NCBI GenBank assembly: GCA_964349515.1
Contig: CAYGHG010000003.1
Location: forward strand, 1-55,556
Length of the DNA stretch: 55,556 nt
Direction: 5' to 3'
Source: an uncultured Spirochaetia bacterium
Lineage (GTDB): Bacteria; Oederibacteriota; PGYV01; CAYGHG01
Part shown: positions 53,413 to 55,556 of the stretch, piece after piece
Layout: each line of letters begins with the position of its first letter
Numbering within the stretch: position 1 is the stretch's first letter
Notes under the pieces: model-generated
What the model was told of the DNA's origin: nothing
Seen by the model: only the letters and a program-made list of their open reading frames with translations
The model's database searches: none
Program-made: the position numbers and the translations under genes

Positions 53413-55556
53413 CTACCTTATTATGGTGAATTTAACCGTAATTATTTTCTGCAGGCCGGTGTCCGTTCTGGCCCTGATTACGGCTATGTATAGGCCCGAA
53501 GAGACGCTCTCAACACCGGTCAGCAGGTTCCACCTGAGTTCGTGAGGCGACGGGCCGCTGTTATCGAGGTCAACTATCAGTTCTCCCGCGAGGTTGTATA
53601 TTCTCGCGTTCACTTTGGTGCCTGCCATAGCGTCAAACGTTATCAGCAACCTGTCAGTATTCTCTATTTTAAGCGGATTCGGTATAACCTTTACGTTATT
53701 TATGACTTCATACCCGTTATGCAGCACTGTAATATTCGCGGTAGCCACAGTCTCATACCCGTTAACATCCACATTGACTATCTGTATGTAGTATACTCCG
53801 TTATCCACTATCAGGCCGTTATTGTTGGTTCCGTTCCATTCAAGCGTAATGTCTGAATAATGTATTGTAAGCTTATTCATACCCGCCTCGTCAGGATAGA
53901 ACGCGGCCGGAGGCGCAGGGTCAAGCGTCAGAGTCTTTGAACCCTTTATAACCGGCGAAGTAACAGGTATTATCTTGACCAGCTCCCCGGCGGTATTGTA
54001 TATTCTGGCCTCTGTTTTTACATTGTTAGTAAGCACAGTCACGCTGTCCACAGATATATGCTCGTAACCGTAGTCGTCTTTTACAACGACTTTTATGTAA
54101 TACACGCCGTTGCCGACGCTTGCGCCCTGGTCGTTTTTGCCGTTCCATTTATATATGTACCCGCCGACATCAATTACCACTTCGCTCCCGTCGTCAGGGC
54201 TGAATGTGCTTCCGCTCGTGATGGTGAAGTTATCAACCATCTCATAAGCCCCCGATGAACTTATGTGTTTCACAACCTCGCCGGCCTCATTGTAAACATA
54301 TATGTCAAGAATATAAACAGGCGTCGGCGACACGGTAGGAGTCTGCGTGGCAGTCGGAGATACCGTGTACGTGGATGTCTGAGTCATAGTCTCCGTAGCG
54401 GTAAGCGTAGCCGTAGGAGTCCCGGTCAGCGTTATAGTAGGCGTAGCCGTAAGCGTCGAAGTAGGCGTAGCCGTAGAAGTCGGCGAATGAACCGGCGTAT
54501 TTGTAGAAGTGCTAGTAGGCGTAGCCGTCCGGGTTATGGAAGGCGTTATAGTTACCGTAATCGTTCCTGTAATAGTCGGCGTCACTGTCTGAGTGACAGT
54601 CTGTGATACCGTCGGCGTTGACGTCTGTGAAACCGTTTCGGTAATAGTAGGCGTTACCGTCACTGTCACAGTGTCCGTTTCGGTAACCGTAGGTGTTACA
54701 GTTTCAGTCACAGTAGGCGTGACAGTCTCCGAAACAGTAGGAGTCACCGTCTCAGTTATTGTCGGCGTTACGGTCTCCGTTATAGTCGGCGTGACTGTTT
54801 CCGTCACTGTAGGCGTTATGGTCTCCGTCACTGTAGGCGTTGCAGTTTCAGTAACAGTATCTGTAGGCGTTACGGTGTCTGTAATTGTCGGTGTTACAGT
54901 CTCTGTAATCGTAGGCGTCACAGTCTCAGTGATTGTCGGTGTCGCAGTTTCGGTAATCGTAGGCGTTGTCGTCTCTGTAATCGTAGGCGTTACTGTCTCT
55001 GTCATTGTAGGAGTTACTGTCTCTGTTATCGTAGCAGTGACAGTCTCGGTTATGGTCGGAGTTACGGTTTCTGTTATTGTCGGCGTTATAGTTTCTGTAA
55101 TCGTCGGGGTAACGGTCTCTGTTATTGTAGGCGTTACTGTTTCTGTAACAGTAGGTGTCGAAGTTTCAGTAATTGTAGGTGTTACGGTATCAGTAATTGT
55201 AGGTGTTACGGTTTCTGTAATAGTCGGTGTCACCGTCTCTGTTATAGTCGGTGTCACGGTCTCAGTAATAGTCGGCGTTGCCGTTTCAGTAATTGTAGGC
55301 GTAACTGTCTCGGTTATTGTCGGTGTCACAGTCTCCGTAATCGTAGGTGTCACGGTTTCGGTTATTGTCGGTGTTGCTGTCTCTGTAACAGTGTCAGTAG
55401 GTGTAATTGTCTCAGTTATAGTCGGTGTCACAGTCTCCGTTATCGTCGGCGTTACCGTCTCAGTTATTGTCGGTGTTACCGTTTCTGTAATTGTCGGTGT
55501 TACTGTTTCCGTGATGGTTGGAGTAACCGTCTCAGTAATCGTCGGCGTTACTGTCT
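53413..55556 (-). CDS. Large exported protein, 5'-truncated: Thr/Pro repeat stalk (TPTITETV)n and three FlgD/T9SS-CTD-like Ig domains
   Basis: Frame is open to the window end; C-terminal repeats of IYN.AGE.V..W.G..G.Y; terminal PNP..IYN..SGLY..KF.II domain. Confidence 0.9.
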   Translation of the reverse strand, partial: TVTPTITETVTPTITETVTPTITETVTPTITETVTPTITETVTPTITETITPTDTVTETATPTITETVTPTITETVTPTITETVTPTITETATPTITETVTPTITETVTPTITETVTPTITDTVTPTITETSTPTVTETVTPTITETVTPTITETITPTITETVTPTITETVTATITETVTPTMTETVTPTITETTTPTITETATPTITETVTPTITETVTPTITDTVTPTDTVTETATPTVTETITPTVTETVTPTITETVTPTITETVTPTVSETVTPTVTETVTPTVTETDTVTVTVTPTITETVSQTSTPTVSQTVTQTVTPTITGTITVTITPSITRTATPTSTSTNTPVHSPTSTATPTSTLTATPTITLTGTPTATLTATETMTQTSTYTVSPTATQTPTVSPTPVYILDIYVYNEAGEVVKHISSSGAYEMVDNFTITSGSTFSPDDGSEVVIDVGGYIYKWNGKNDQGASVGNGVYYIKVVVKDDYGYEHISVDSVTVLTNNVKTEARIYNTAGELVKIIPVTSPVIKGSKTLTLDPAPPAAFYPDEAGMNKLTIHYSDITLEWNGTNNNGLIVDNGVYYIQIVNVDVNGYETVATANITVLHNGYEVINNVKVIPNPLKIENTDRLLITFDAMAGTKVNARIYNLAGELIVDLDNSGPSPHELRWNLLTGVESVSSGLYIAVIRARTDTGLQKIITVKFTIIR
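54580..55556 (-). repeat. 24-bp coding tandem repeat (TPTITETV), roughly 40 units visible
   Basis: 8-aa periodicity with highly variable third codon positions. Confidence 0.93.

Noticed and set aside
48393-53413. parS site or oriC near parAB
   Set aside because: No TGTTTCACGTGAAACA-like palindrome or DnaA-box cluster found by eye; a motif scan could still find degenerate sites.
1082-54606. Numerous plus-strand ORFs of 60-260 aa in the track
   Set aside because: Shadow frames antisense to clearly identified minus-strand genes; only yitT, cvpA and 48811-49230 have independent support.

Overview
Core-chromosome window of a bacterium, with nearly all genes on the minus strand. The gene content (PorV-like and beta-barrel proteins, T/P-repeat surface protein, Firmicutes-like gene order) tentatively suggests a candidate-phylum diderm such as Ca. 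Goldiibacteriota; this is inferred from gene content only. In the direction of transcription the window holds: (i) a 5'-truncated Thr/Pro-repeat surface protein, an FAD oxidase, a degenerate HD-GYP protein and parAB; (ii) alaS-ruvX-mltG-OMP-rnr-PorV-like-(RsbW/HAMP/PP2C/HTH fusion)-hisDCBHAF; (iii) a ~2.3 kb insert with a BrnT/BrnA-like toxin-antitoxin pair and a membrane protein, bounded by inverted REP-like ends; (iv) hisI-trpE-trpG and several envelope hypotheticals; (v) purSQLF and a zinc-ribbon protein; (vi) hisC-aroF-tyrA-aroA-plsC-ispH-rpsA-rex-thrS-radA-PIN/TRAM-ispD-ispF-cysS-rlmB, then tRNA-Thr, tRNA-Tyr and tRNA-Asp. No CRISPR array, transposase or integrase was found. The most unusual non-genic signal is a recurring set of 7-, 9-, 14- and 26-bp tandem arrays at about ten gene junctions, often as head-to-head inverted pairs. 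The largest is a 26-mer x7.6 plus inverted 9-mer x7 structure between ispF and cysS. Other highlights are an ispH with no canonical start codon, a kinase+phosphatase+HTH fusion, a Rex-like operator, and signs of a T9SS-like export route.
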